DNA from: Octopus bimaculoides
Lineage: Eukaryota
Reading direction: 5' to 3'
Assembly (NCBI RefSeq): GCF_001194135.2
Contig: NC_068986.1
Location: 44,430,213-44,494,212 of the forward strand
DNA length: 64,000 nucleotides
Each line of letters starts with the position of its first letter. Positions within the stretch are counted from its first letter, which is position 1. Under the pieces are notes generated by a model. That model had not been told where the DNA came from. It worked only from the letters and a program-made list of their open reading frames with translations, and ran no database searches. Below, piece after piece: positions 1-13,079 of this stretch. Made by a program: the position numbers and the translations under genes.

Positions 1-74
1 CATGTAAAATATCTCTGAGAAAATTAAAATTTATCATATATAGTGGCGTTTCAAACTTCTTTTTTCTAAATATA

Positions 75-794
75 TACGTTTTGTTTGCAATGTCCTGTAC
101 CCAGATATGCACCTATATATACAGGTAGACGTAGGTATGCACATACCTGTACATATATATGCATATACTCATTTATTATTTGTTTTACATGATTGAACGC
201 CTGCATCATCCCTGTTGTAAGTAGTTTTTTCAACTTTATATTTTCTGACGCGACTATCTCTTTCACTTTTTCCCCCTCTCGTTCTTCCTTCTGTTACTAC
301 TATATTTTTCTCTTCCTCTCTTTCTCTAGTTGCTCACCTATTCTACTTCCTCCCCTTGTTTCTCCCTCTACCACTCTCTCTCTTCCTTACCCCTCCCTGG
401 TCACATGCTTCCGGTCACTAATCCTTTTCTTCCTTGGCTATCGCCGAGCAAACATGCGAACTTACTTCGTCCCGCTTTCAGTTCATGCCTCACAGCGTTC
501 ATATACACATAATTTTTCACGTCTGGCCGCATAGCCTTTTCCGTTTGTTTTCCTGTCTTGTTTTTTGTCCGCCACTACATTCCTCCATGGCACAGGTTTA
601 ATTTGTGTATACAAATTTAATTTGGGGNNNNNNNNNNTGTGGCTTGCGTGTTTTCTGTACTCTGGTTATTATTATTTTCTTGTCTACGTTTTGTTTGCAA
701 TGTCCTGTACCCAGATATGCACCTATATATACAGGTAGACGTAGGTATGCACATACCTGTACGTATATATGCATATACTCATTTATTATTTGTT
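75..794. repeat. 110-bp near-identical direct duplication (75-184 and 685-794) flanking a 10-N gap
   Basis: tacgttttgtttgcaatgtcctgtaccc...atttattatttgtt occurs twice, 610 bp apart, with 1 mismatch; a degenerate third copy lies near 1000-1100; N gap at 628-637, so this may be an assembly overlap. Confidence 0.85.
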
Positions 795-1103
795 ATATAT
801 ATATATATGCATACATACATACACACACCTACATACATATATATGTATGTAGGTGTATGTAGATGGAGCAGGAACAACTGAAGAAGGGTAATATTCTTTA
901 TATTGCATGTCTCGTTTCTCTGTTTGTATTTTCGTTGTTCAAAAAAAGTTCGTTTTCTGTCTTCGTCTTTATGTTTCCGTTTCTCATTGTGTTTAACATT
1001 TTTTTGTGATGTCCTGTACCCACATATGCTTGTATATATACATATAGATGTCGGTATGTACATATATGTATGGATATATGCATATAATTATATATTATTT
1101 ATG

Positions 1104-1104
<1 letters not shown>

Positions 1105-1146
<42 letters not shown>
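1105..1146. repeat. (TA)n microsatellite within TA/CA low-complexity DNA
   Basis: Direct reading. Confidence 0.95.
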
Positions 1147-1149
<3 letters not shown>

Positions 1150-1442
1150 TCAAACAATGCACATTCATACATACAAACACAATATACATATTCACCTATA
1201 CATACAAAGCCCTATACCTACACATACTTACACAGAAATAGGGTTACAATTGAATGTACTTATATGTGCGCACACACAGATGCATAGATACACACATACA
1301 TGTATACATACATATATATATCTGTACACGTAGCATACATGCATATATTCATACATACATCCATATACTCAAAAGTATATACAGGTACCTACCTGTATAT
1401 ACTTAATCACAAACTAGTCTTATTGACGAGTTTTATTTCTTC

Positions 1443-1531
1443 ATTTCCCTGAAGAGAAGATTACATTGTTTTACACCACTTTATTCCTTTCGAATAATAC
1501 TAATGATATCTTCGAAACATGTGTTGGAAGT
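1443..1531 (+). ncRNA. Type I hammerhead ribozyme fold, Penelope-LTR associated
   Basis: Stem I ATTTCC 1443-1448 / GGAAGT 1526-1531; core CTGAAGA 1449-1455; stem II GAAGATTACATT 1456-1467 / AATGATATCTTC 1502-1513; GAAA 1514-1517; palindromic ACATGT; GTT cleavage triplet 1523-1525. Confidence 0.7.
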
Positions 1532-2109
1532 AAAAGAATTTGAATCACACCTGCGTTTAAGAAAGGGAGAGAATCCAATGAATTCTTTATATACAACTAA
1601 TGTAAATAAAACGTTTATAAGGAAGGAAAATTGAAGATGGATTGTAAATATAATTAACCATTAATGTTGTATCATATTAAGTTACGGTAATTAACCTAAA
1701 TAAATCGCAATACAAGGTACAAAGCTATAAAGTGATGAAATAATAAGAATAAACATGCTTACGATAACAAAATTGATAGTAAATACGTAAATATATATAA
1801 ATATACTTAAAACTCTACGAATATAACTTTTCGGGGGTTAAACCTGCTGGACTAAACTAGAGAAGGAGTGAGAGTGTAAACAACTGGCGTTGAAGTTAGA
1901 TATAATTGTTATTTTAGATAATATTATAATGTTATTATTCTCATTATTGTTATTATTATTATAAACATAAAAATAAACTTATTATTATTGTTATTGTCTA
2001 AAGTTAAATAAAAATAAATACAAAGTGGGGTGATAGTTCATACCACATGTAAAGTGGCTGTCAATTAGTGAGTATGTTGGTAGGTGAAAAAAAGAAAAAA
2101 AGTAATAGC

Positions 2110-2560
2110 TAAAATTAGTAAAAAGGATGAAATTAATGAAATGAGCTGACGGTGTGTTTCCTCCAATGCTGGCATCTGTATGCTCTCTGTGTTATCTAGT
2201 TCACTAAATTATTCTTGGAGAACAGAATGTGAAATAGCTCCAAGTTACAGAGAGAACAAAAATCTTTACCCTTGTCGTAGGGAATTGAGGTAGCCAGTAT
2301 TGACCATTCCAAAGAGAATTGTTTATTGCAGTCCTTAAGTTTCCAGATTAACTTATTAAGATTGGTACTATTATTTTTATTCCTATCCCTAAAGGATGAG
2401 TAATGGTTAGAGATTCTCCTAGAGGCCTGCATCGAAGAGCAACCAATGTAATGCGAGACCTCTGTGTTAGTCGTTACCTTACATTGATAAACCACATTTT
2501 TGGTCCTAGCATTTACACTTAAAAACTTGATTCTATTACAATTAGATTCCGAGATACTAA
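2110..2560 (-). mobile_element. Penelope-like retroelement, GIY-YIG endonuclease C-terminal fragment (degenerate)
   Basis: ORF 2196-2780(-) contains NVVYQCKV...HYIGCSS...RISNHYSSF...TNLNKLIWKLK...EWSIL...CSLCNLE..IL...LVN, the characteristic PLE GIY-YIG pattern; no RT part present. Confidence 0.9.
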
Positions 2561-3899
2561 TATTATTGTTGTGATAGTTATTGTTATATTTACTAATGTT
2601 GTACTTGTTACCTATATTTTTATCTAAATAACTATTGCTACCATAGAAGTGTGTTGTATTACTGTTTTCGATGTAGCAGGACCCCACCACTTTCGGAGGT
2701 GTCTTCAGCTCTGATCTCGAGTGCATTTTTTCATTTTTCTTTGGCTTTTTTGTTCTTTGGTTTCTCCAATGCAGCGTCAATAAATGTCAGCAGGCAAATG
2801 TATGCTAAATACCAGTGTGTATGTGTATAAGTGGCAAAATGGTCAATTAATGGAGACACACAAGTGTGTGTGTACAAATGAAAGGCGTGCGCCAATCTGC
2901 ATGTGAGGACTGGAGTAAAAGTTACATTCATTAGTTATGAGGTCAAGTTTCTAACTATTTGTTTCAAGGTCACAACTTAAACACTTACAAGAGCCATTGT
3001 TGAAGAATCTAAAGAGACACACAACTCGGCATGTCTTGGTCTGCCTAGCTGTAAAAAAGGGTCACTGACTGACTGGTTAGTAGATAGAAAGATGTACATC
3101 TAAAAACAACATTCATATTTACATTCTTATGTTTGCCAACATAGGAATGTAAATGAAATGCAGTACACAGAAAATAATATAACAATGTTGTTCAGCTTTG
3201 GGTCTACTCTGAACAAACTTAGAATCAAAGTTATTCTACCCATGACCATATTTTAGTATATTGGCAGCTAAATTGTTCAATGTGTCTTTATTTTTAAGAT
3301 AGCAAGGTGTAATTTGAAAAAGATTTGGTTGCTATTTCTTGAAGGCTGGGCAAATACAGAGACTTGCTCATTGGCTTGTGTGAGCAATGTATATATTAAG
3401 AGCAATCAATGATACTGTTCAAATACATTCGAGGCAATAAAGACTTCTCCAAGTACAGAGTCAATATCTGTGTGTGTCTTAGAAAGTAAAGTTTTTTTTA
3501 AATTAAATCTGGTTATTAGTCATAACTTCTTACATAAGATAGGGCAAATAAAATTTTGCTACAAAAAAAAAAAATCAGAGCCTAGTGGCTTGATATGAAA
3601 CTAAATTACTGATTGTAGGGCAAAATGAGCAAATATAAAAGGCTACACTGGGCAAATATAATTCTGGTTTATAAGACAAACAGGAGGCTGTTAAGACCAG
3701 ATTGGTCTGATAAGATCATTTTCATTACTGTGTATTTTACTATCAGAGCTCATCGCATGTAAACTAGAATCTTATGTTCTTTAGGAAGGCATAACCTACC
3801 TTGTTCCTATTTATCTAAGTAATAAAATCATACCTCACTATTTCTTCATAATTGAGCAGTTAGACATATGGAGTACCCCACAGGTCTATATATCCATGG

Positions 3900-4650
3900 T
3901 TTCATTATCAATCAACATCCATTTTCCATGCTGGCATGGGTTGGACAATTTCACAGGCTCCAGCAAGCTACAGGATTGCACTGAGCCCCAGTATCAGCTT
4001 TGGCATGGTTTCTATAGCTGAATGCCCTTTCTAACTTCAACTACTTTACAGTGTTGTACATTATGATCATGTCAAACGACCACGCTCATGTCAGCATGGA
4101 AAAAAGACATTAAATGATGATGATGATGAAGTCTTGGTTGTATTGGTGAGTTTGTTTACAATATAGAATCCATTAAAGAGCTTCAAGTACAGATTGAATA
4201 TTGGAAGGCAAACTACAATACTAGTCCAGAAACACATGGGGAATAATCTTGTTCAATATGCAGGAAAGGAGTAGGCCATAACTAAATATATGCTCAGACA
4301 AAGCAATAGGAACACAAATGGTGCAGAGGATTTCTCCAGTCATAATGGACAAGAAGCTAGAGCTTCAGATGTGTAAGAAGCACTGGATTAACAAAGAGAA
4401 CTGATTTATCTAAAACTATTACAACTATACATAACTGGAAAAATTGATGTCAATGGTGTGATGATGGTGGTGTGTCTAAGTCGCAAACTAATTCAGTGGA
4501 ACTAGAGTTATTTGTCTCTGGCTCAGAATTCCACTTTGAGTTGTCTCAACATATTTATAACATTTGTCATATCACAACCTGGAACAAATCCAGGTTGAAT
4601 CCTCTCAAATTTCATATTTACTATCTTCATTGTAAACTCTTTCTCTTAAA
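3900..4650 (-). mobile_element. Highly decayed RTE-type LINE (3' tail plus RT remnant)
   Basis: Minus-frame ERIQPGFVPGCDMTNVINMLRQL resembles RTE QFGFVPG.GTTDAIF.LRQL; tail sequence is shared with RTE copies at 39305 and 58540. Confidence 0.55.
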
Positions 4651-7600
4651 CTTCATAAATAATTGCATTAACTTGAAACTACTGCAAAAGAAATTATTTC
4701 TGTTTGTTTTTGATACCCTTGTAGAAAAGCAAATATTTCTAAATCCTTGGTCTTAGTGGTGCTATGAAACTACCTATTCAAGAGATACTAAATAGATATA
4801 TCACTATGACCTGCCTTCTTATGTAAATATGGAGAGAATGATAAAAAAAACTCTAGATTCCATGCACTCATCCAGTGTTTTTGGAATATAGGGTTACATC
4901 ACACAACATATTACATAAAAGTATATAAGATAGATTTAGCTGTCATCTTATCCAATTGAGCCAAATGTTTCACTAAGTTCTTTTGCAAAGATTGGACAGG
5001 AAAATGTGTTTTGCCTTGTGATTATGGTAGAAGCAGTGGTTTGAACATGGACAAAAGATGAGATCAGGTAGTTTAATTTTTTTCAAGTATCCATTGGAGA
5101 GGAAAGTGATAATGACAATTTGATGTGAGAATATAATTCATCTATTCAGTCTTGTCTTTAACAGAGGGCATTTAAAATGTTGACAGTTCTAATTACCCCT
5201 CAGTACTTTTTCACACATTTATATATAAATACACAAACATACATTTGGTCAACACACACACACAGTGAACTCTTCACCCAGTACTCAAATTGAAACTCAA
5301 GCAGCACCTAAGAAAAAAATTTTTTCAACATGTTAATCAGAATCAAGAGAACTTGTACTTATTTGTGTAATGAAAATGGATCATTGCTTCTCACAGTACA
5401 ATAGTCAATTTTACTGCATTTGCAGCACCTGTATTTTATTTGGTGAATAAAACTTCTTTATTTAAATCATATGTATATTTCTTCGTATTTCACTCATTTC
5501 TACTATATTCAGAATATTAACGATAATACTGATGTACATATAAAAAGTTTTAATGTGTTTTATAAGGTACTATGGTAATATAAAAAGTGAAGATTACACA
5601 TCCCATAATGCCAGACAGTGTGTGTGTGTACACTCACGGTCAGATGAACTCGTTCGGTCAGTTGTCATAGCATGTAGGGACTCAACCGATTCCAGATTTA
5701 TAGGCAATTCTGTATGTATTTGATAATTTTGTATTGTCTTCTAATGTGGTAATTAATGATTCTTTGTGGCAATCAAATCATTTTGGCTGACATGATAAAG
5801 CATTTGACATCGTTTTACCCCTCTACATCCCGAGTTCAAATCATACATCATTGACTTTGCCTTTCATCCTTCTGGTGTTATTGATAAGTACCATTCATGT
5901 AGAAATCGACTCTCCATTTCCTATAAATTTAAGTCAGTTGACTTTACCTTTCATCTTATCAGGATCGATAAAGTATAAGTCAAATATTAGGGTCGTTATA
6001 ATCATCTACATCCTTCAAATGCGAGGCGAATATTACAATTCGTTATTTTTGAGGCAGTGATATTAGTACAGTCAATAGAAAAATTAAAGGTTATTATTCA
6101 AACAACAGCAATTTTAAAAAATTTTTCTTTTCGAGACAAGAACTCATTGTATATTGGAACCATTCAATTACCTACTTATTTTCTATTATTGTTAATAAAG
6201 CAAATGCTGAAACAATAATAGTAGCTTTTTGTGTTTTTTTAAAGCATCAAATAAATGAGTAATTGTTTATTAAAGAAAACACAGGGTAACAGTTATCTCT
6301 TAAATAGGACAGTTTTTATATACAACTGGAAAACATGTTTACTATGTAATAGAGCTAGATTAACGGTTTAAAGGTTAAACACATGCATCGTCAAAATGTT
6401 TCATTGATAATTTTTTTTTTAAAGAATAGGATGGGGGAACAAGTTAATGAAAAAAAAGTTCGAATTGATTTTAGCAACAAATGTAAGGGAAATTAGGTAA
6501 AGAATTCCAGAAAAGATGACACATAGCAGAATAGCACATTCTTATACAATCGAACACCTTGCACCCACGCATATTACACACACATACACAATGTTCTACA
6601 GTTAAACGCCTAGTCCGGAGCGTAAGTGATTTCTTCTCATGACATACAACAGCTCACCCTTCTTTACTTTACATGAAACTGACTCATGCCAATGCAAACC
6701 ACCAATATAATCTCTCCAAATTCTAGCGACTATCTTTTGCTTTGCGTGCTACTTTTTTTTTTTTTTTTGTATCTTTTGAACTCTGCTTGTGAATATCAAC
6801 CACAATACATAATAGACTTATATTAGATGTCCCCAAGAATAAAATTTAAAAAACTTTGAAAGGACATTTTATATTTAAAATGTGTATTTATAGCCATACA
6901 AATAAATATAAGATAATTCAAAAATCAATATTGTATTGAGAATTCTAAATCGGGGGAAATTGATTTTCGCAAAAGAAAAAAAGAAAATGAAAATTATGTT
7001 GCAAGACCATTTAGATTTTATCTCAAATAGTCTACGAAATGTGACATGAGAGAGTGAGTGAAAGGGAGGGAGGGAGAGAGAGCATCAACACGGAAACTGA
7101 ATGAATGAATCTTTTGATTGCATTTTAACACGTAGATTTATTAAATCGAAAATAAATAGCATTCAGATATTCAAGAAACGAGAGCACAATTTCAGTTCCA
7201 TAGAAACTTACTCAACGAATAAAATTAATTGAGCGCAAAGGTGGACTTTGTGAACTTCGAACGGATTCTAAAGTAAATCAAAAGAAGGAAGTTGCTTTTA
7301 TGAAGATAATGTCCTAAGACTTACTCCGTATTACAATGTTAACGTCGAGGATTCAGGAAGAACATACGTCAGAATAAAAATTGAATAAAATAACTGAAAG
7401 AACCAATGGAGGAAGCTCGTTATCCTGTAATAATAACATAAGTTCATTACAAACATTAGGCTTTTCTAAAGGAATGCGACAAAAAATGACTTTAAATCAC
7501 TGAGTGCATCCATAACTGTGTGTGCATCCAGTGAGTGATCCTTAAAGTGGTAATGACATTGGTTATTGGAATTGACGTAATACAAATCAGTGCAGAAGAT

Positions 7601-8649
7601 TATGATCGACCATCACCCATCAACTACGTAGTGTTGTTATGCAAGTGTCATTAAATAGCTCCGTGAAATATCAGAGATAAGGTAGGGGAGGGGCACAAGA
7701 AGTGAAATATATCACTAATGCACGATGTACAACAACATATCAGTTGACAACTACAATCAGCGGGCACTTTAGTTGTTGATGAAATTTACAGCAAGGCATT
7801 ATATATTTTTGATATCATTTCCTTTATCGCCCCTTTTTAGTCTCTAATGTTTTTAATTAGAGACATCAGACCAGAATCTGATTAGCTGAATTGTGAAATT
7901 GATAGTAAAATAGATTACACAGATAATCTAGACATAGATTTTAGTGTACGATAGCTGAAATGTAGGATTACTCCAGGAATAGATGGATGCATACATGCAC
8001 ACATATACATACCAATACATAAGCTAATGACCAGCTATGGCTTCGGTTTGAAGAAATAGCACATACATTAAAGTCGTTTGTGCACATAATGTTTAATTTA
8101 CAATATGTATATCCTTATCAATTGCTTTATAATTAATCTTTCACAATCGACAAGACTCGACTTAGTTTATAAAGATATATTTAACATCCACCACCATCAA
8201 ACCAGTCATTCATATACATGTACATGACCAGATAACTATATCTACAAATATTACATATAGCTATTATAATACAACTGAACCAAACTAAGTGTGAGAACAT
8301 GTCGAAGTCTATACTTTGATTTATATGTAATATTGATTTGCAACTCAAAAATATTTGCTCCAACTGGTTGTTCAGAGTCAATCTATGAAGCCTACTGCAT
8401 GTATTACATATATATATGTATATATATTCATATATACATAGCTATTGTGTATCGGTAATTATATCCTTGACATGTTTATCATAGATATGGAGTAAATTTA
8501 AAGAAGGTAGAGTAGAAAAGGATTTACTGTAGAGAAAATGAAAGGAAATCGACTTACGGGATTGGTGTAGTAAACTACCGAGCTTACGCCAGCATCCTCG
8601 ATTGCAACCAAGGGGGGTAACTGTGGTAGAGCTTTATTTTATTTTACCT

Positions 8650-9430
8650 TTTTGCAGTCGAAGAGTTCGCTTACAACATTCAACAGTTGCGTCTTCACTT
8701 TGACTTCTCTTGTTCTTAATTTAAACAAAAAAAAAACAACAACAAACAAACCAAAAGCGTTGTAATTTAGCACAATATCTACCCTGATTAATCAAAGGCG
8801 TTCTAACTATAACCACCCGTCTTTTTTCATGCCAGATTTAGTATATCTCGGACTACGATATCCAATGTATCCTACCTTAAGATGGTAGGGTGTATGATTG
8901 TGATTTATGGGAACTTTGTCTGCTACTTCTAGAATGTTAGGCGACTATTTAGAGACTTCTAATTTTGGTTTACAAGCCTCCCAAAAGTGTGTTGCTGACT
9001 TTTGTCATTTCTCTGTTTTGAAGAAATACAATGCTTGTGTTGTTTGGATGTTGAAGAGTTTACCTATAACATTCAACAGTTGCGTCTTCACTTCGATTTT
9101 TTCTTGCTCTTAATTTTTTTTTTTAAGTGTTTAGCGCCAGTCCTACTCTGATTAATTAAATGCATTCTAACCGTGACCATCCATCTTCCACCAATCCCCG
9201 CCAGATTTAGTACACCTAGTACTATGTTTTCCAATCTACCCCAGCTTCTTTTAAGATGGTGATGTGTGATATGTGGGAGGTTTGTCTGCTATTTTTAAGT
9301 ACAAGTTAAGCGACTACTTAGAGACTTTTGTCTCTAGTTCGGGCCTTCCAAAAACGTGTTTGCTGACATTTGTCATGTCCTTATTTTCAAGAAATACTTG
9401 TGTTGGATTTTTTTTCCAAGGCATATCTCC
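8650..9430. repeat. Degenerate ~390-bp tandem duplication of an interspersed repeat unit
   Basis: gaagagtt..acaacattcaacagttgcgtcttcact at ~8660 and ~9050; gccagatttagta and aagatggt...ctgcta...gcgacta.ttagagact also recur at the same offset. Confidence 0.7.
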
Positions 9431-10379
9431 AAGCATGTGTTGGTTTCTTTACCAATAGTTTTTTGTTTTGTTTTGTCTTTTTGTGTGTGAGGGTTTAGCA
9501 GTTACAAGGTATTTTCTGTTGAGTATAAAACTAAAACAACATAAATGATAAAAATAACGTCAGCATATATAATATTGATAATTTGAAATGTGTGTATGTA
9601 TGTATAGAAAAAGCGATTTGTTGAACTATGAATAGTTTACGAATTATTTGTTCAAGTGATTATAAAATAAAAGTTTTCATATCGTTTATATACGTATATT
9701 TATCATATAGTCCTGTCATACTAACGTGCCTACACTCACATGCTCTACCCCACCACATTTTTATCAGATGTTTGAAAAGATAGGTCAGTACCTGTTGAGG
9801 TTTCCCGATCAGAATGACTGAGTGATTCAGATGGATATGGTTAATGTCAGGATTAATACTTGTAGCTTGTGAGTTAGAATACATTGCAAGGAATTCAAAG
9901 GTATCTAACCGTGACCATCATGTACTTTTTCCCTAGACATAAAGAACTACATTTTCCAATGTATATTGTCTTATTTAGGAAGGTAGGGCATGTAATTTGA
10001 GAATTTGCTTGATATTTGTAGCAGGTTGAGAGCTTACTCTTGTTGGTTCAGGCCTCCCAAAAGCATGTTTTATGTGCTTTGAAGATTAAAAAAATACTGG
10101 CTAATAAAAAGTAATCTAAAAAGTAGATATAAGAGTAATGTTGTGATTTTGTGTTCATTTAATAATTCATGTATCACTTAACATGTAAGTACTCTCTCAA
10201 GTTGGATTTTGAGGTGTAGCATTATTCATTGAATAAAGTCTTTTGGTGTACAGAATTTTTTTCATTATTTCGTACAATAATTTATTGAGGATGTCTTAAG
10301 CATTTAGAAATTTCAGGAAAATGAAATTTTTTTTTCTTTGTGACAGTGAATCTTGAAGCAAATAAAGCTATAAATAATC

Positions 10380-10740
10380 CCTTCTGCTTTATACACAAGG
10401 CCTGAAATCTAGAGGGAGAGGTGTAGTTGATTACATCAACTCCAGTGTTCAACTGGTGCTTATTTCCTGAACCTTGAAAAGATGAGAGGCAAAATTGGTT
10501 TTGACAGCATTTGAACTCAGAACGTAAAGACAGATGAAATGTTGCTAAGCATAATCCCTTCAACTATAGGCACAAGGCTTGAAATCTGTGGACAGAGGTG
10601 TAGTTGATTACATCAACCCCAGTGCTTATTTCATCAACCTTGAAAGGATGAAAGGTAAAGTTGGCTTTGGCAGCATTTGAACTCAAAACGTAAAGACAGA
10701 TGAAATGCCACTAAGCATTATGACAGCTCACCACCTTAAT
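10380..10740 (-). mobile_element. Two tandem partial tRNA-derived SINE copies
   Basis: Repeated catttgaactcagaacgtaaagacagatgaaat..ctaagcat (reverse of the B-box-like gagttcaaat head) and gattacatcaac core. Confidence 0.75.
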
Positions 10741-10989
10741 AAAGCATGTAAATATTGGGTTAAAATAATTCTTTGGTTCCAAAACAGATTTGTGATATTT
10801 CATTCAGTCAAACCTGGACAGAGTTTTACATTCTGAAAGGCCCAGTACATATCCTTCCCAGTTGGCATCAGTCTTCAAAATTCAAACACTGTTAACAAAC
10901 ATTTGAAAATTTTCTAGACAGTATGTCTCAGGGTGCTACTTTAGCATGTGGTCTACCTGGTCATTTACATTTTAGTGTGCAGCACAAGT

Positions 10990-11105
10990 CTAACCCTAAA
11001 CTTAACCCTGACTCCAAACCTAATCCTACTTCTAACCCTAAGTTCTTACTTACCCTAACCCTAACTCTAACCCTGATTCTAAACTTAACCCTGATCATAA
11101 CCCAG
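10990..11105. repeat. Degenerate (TAACCC)n telomere-like tract, interstitial
   Basis: tctaaccctaaacttaaccctg...taccctaaccctaactctaaccctg...ttaaccctgatcataaccc. Confidence 0.75.
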
Positions 11106-11126
11106 ATCAGGCTATTTCACAGTGTA

Positions 11127-12270
11127 TGAGGGTCAGCTGAAAAGTTCATAGGCTGACCAAGATACTCTTATGGAATGTGATCAAATGAGGTTCATTTTTC
11201 AACATATTCCCCATGGCAGTCCACACACCTCTTCAATTGGTGTTGCAGTGCTTGGATTCCATTGGTGAAAAAGCTTTCATCTTGTTAGAAGCAGATATGA
11301 CATCATCATCACTGCGATTACTGATTCTCAACCAAGTGTTTTTTTTCCTGCTACAGAACAGATGATAGTCAGATGGGGCCAAATCAGGAGAATATGGAGG
11401 GTGATCAATGAGTTAAAAACCACAGTCACGCATAGCAACCATTGGAACCAAGGACTTGTGTGCTGGAGCATTATCCTGATGAAACAAGACCCCTTTTGTC
11501 AGTTTTCCTGTGTGTTTGGTCTTGATAGCCTTTCGTAACTGCCCCAGCAACTTGGCATCGTACTCTCCATTGATGATATGGCCCTTTTGAAGATAGTCAA
11601 TAAACACAATGCCTTTTGCATCCAAAAAAACTGAGGCCATCACCTTCCTTGCAGATGAAAAGACCTTGGTTTTCTTTGGAGTAGGTGAGGAGGGGTGTTT
11701 ACAATGTATGGATTGTCTCTGGTTCCAAGTAATAAACCCAACACTCATCCTGGCTTCAGAAATGTTCAAGGAAACCAGCTAGATCTTCCTCAAACAATAT
11801 CATATTTTCCCATGATGTGATCAGTTTGGTGTACTTTTAATCAGATATCACAAGACATAGCACCCACCAAGCAAAAGCCTTCATCATGCCAAGTTCATGG
11901 CACAGAATATTCTCAACTTTCTCATAGGATATGCTAATAGCATTGGTTATTTGATTTATTGGTCATCCATCACCATGTGGTGAATAAAAACAATGTTTTC
12001 CTCGACAGTGACAGCTACATGATGTCTAGATTTGGGTGATCTTCAAGACTCTTTTCCCCTCCTAAATTCAGCTGCCTTCTCTTGCACTGTTGATAAAGCT
12101 GGAGCATCATCCCCTAATATAGAAGGCATGTCAGCATGAATGTCCTTGGGGTCTAAACCCTTTTTCTGCAGGTACTTGATAACAATGCAATGCCAAATTT
12201 TGTTGATATTTGCTACTAGTTACTTTTGAAGTCTTCTTTGAACAGTCAGATGTCAGTTTATCTGGTAAAA
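11127..12270 (-). mobile_element. mariner DNA transposon, defective transposase
   Basis: ORF 11413-11769(-) KVMASVFLDAKGIVFIDYLQKG...INGEY...VLFHQDNAPAHKS; TIR-like TA-tgagggtcagctgaaaagttc at 11125; the other end is approximate. Confidence 0.9.
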
Positions 12271-12369
12271 AACAATGCACTTATTAATAAGAAGAGTTGA
12301 AATTAATGCATGCAAGATTTTACAGTTCTAGCATCACCCCTTCAGTCAACCAGTGAACATTTCAACCAA

Positions 12370-12640
12370 TCCTCATATACTACAGATGCTGAAGTAGCAT
12401 CTGAGTTTGACAGATTGCTCAATCTTGTAAATTTCATAGACTGTAACAAATACAAAGACAAGATAAATTGTCTAAAGAGTAAGGTTTTTGTGAGGCATCA
12501 ATTTATAACTCCCGGACAACAGGCAACTGAATCACTCAGTCAATCTCTTCAAGAATTAGAACTCCTGGCTAAAGAATGCAACTTCATGGCAGTTCTGTCT
12601 CAAATGTATTCAAAAAACTTTAATGATGGAGTGGCTGTAT
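12370..12640 (+). mobile_element. Ty3/Gypsy LTR-retrotransposon gag relic
   Basis: LLNLVNFI...LKSKVFVRHQFITPGQQATESLSQSLQELELLAKECNFMAV resembles Gypsy gag FARH.L.TR.QQP.ESL..FLQ.L..LSKDC.F.AV. Confidence 0.65.
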
Positions 12641-12790
12641 CTTAAAGAGTTGGCTTCCAAACTACATGGTTCTGGGTTCAGTCCCACCATGTAGCATCTT
12701 GGAAAGTTCTACTATAGCCCCAGGCTGACCAAACCCCTTGTGCATGAATTTGGTAGATGGAAACTGAAAGATGCCTGTTGTTGTTGTTGT
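12640..12790 (+). mobile_element. tRNA-derived SINE 5' portion
   Basis: gtggctgt...ctgggttcagtccc (A/B-box-like)...tttggtagatggaaactgaaag; same family at 32125-32475 and 38640-39225. Confidence 0.75.
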
Positions 12791-13079
12791 TGTGCTTGCA
12801 TGTGTGTTGTTCTTTTTCCTAATACTTTTGAACATCCTAATTCATTTAATAATTAATTACATTATCTTTATATATGTTTTCTTTTTCTTAATCTACAGAA
12901 AGTATTTCTTCAATTCATGTTTTATGCCTTTAACTTGACAGATGTTTATTATTATTATGATTATTATTATAAAACTTTGACACTTTATTTATTGTACTAA
13001 ATATTGCTTAAACGTACAGATTTTTCTACTTTTCTTATTTTACTGCATTTTTAAATATTAGAATGTTTTTTGAAGTCAC

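Noticed and set aside
66-1287. Cluster of short ORFs rich in Y/I/T/H
   Set aside because: Translations of TA/CA low-complexity repeats
1835-1875. Minus-strand ggtttaaccccc-GAAA downstream of the Penelope ORF as a fourth hammerhead
   Set aside because: The CUGANGA core is missing and no stem I could be formed
10990-11105. True telomere or chromosome-fusion site
   Set aside because: Short, highly degenerate, single orientation and embedded among TEs
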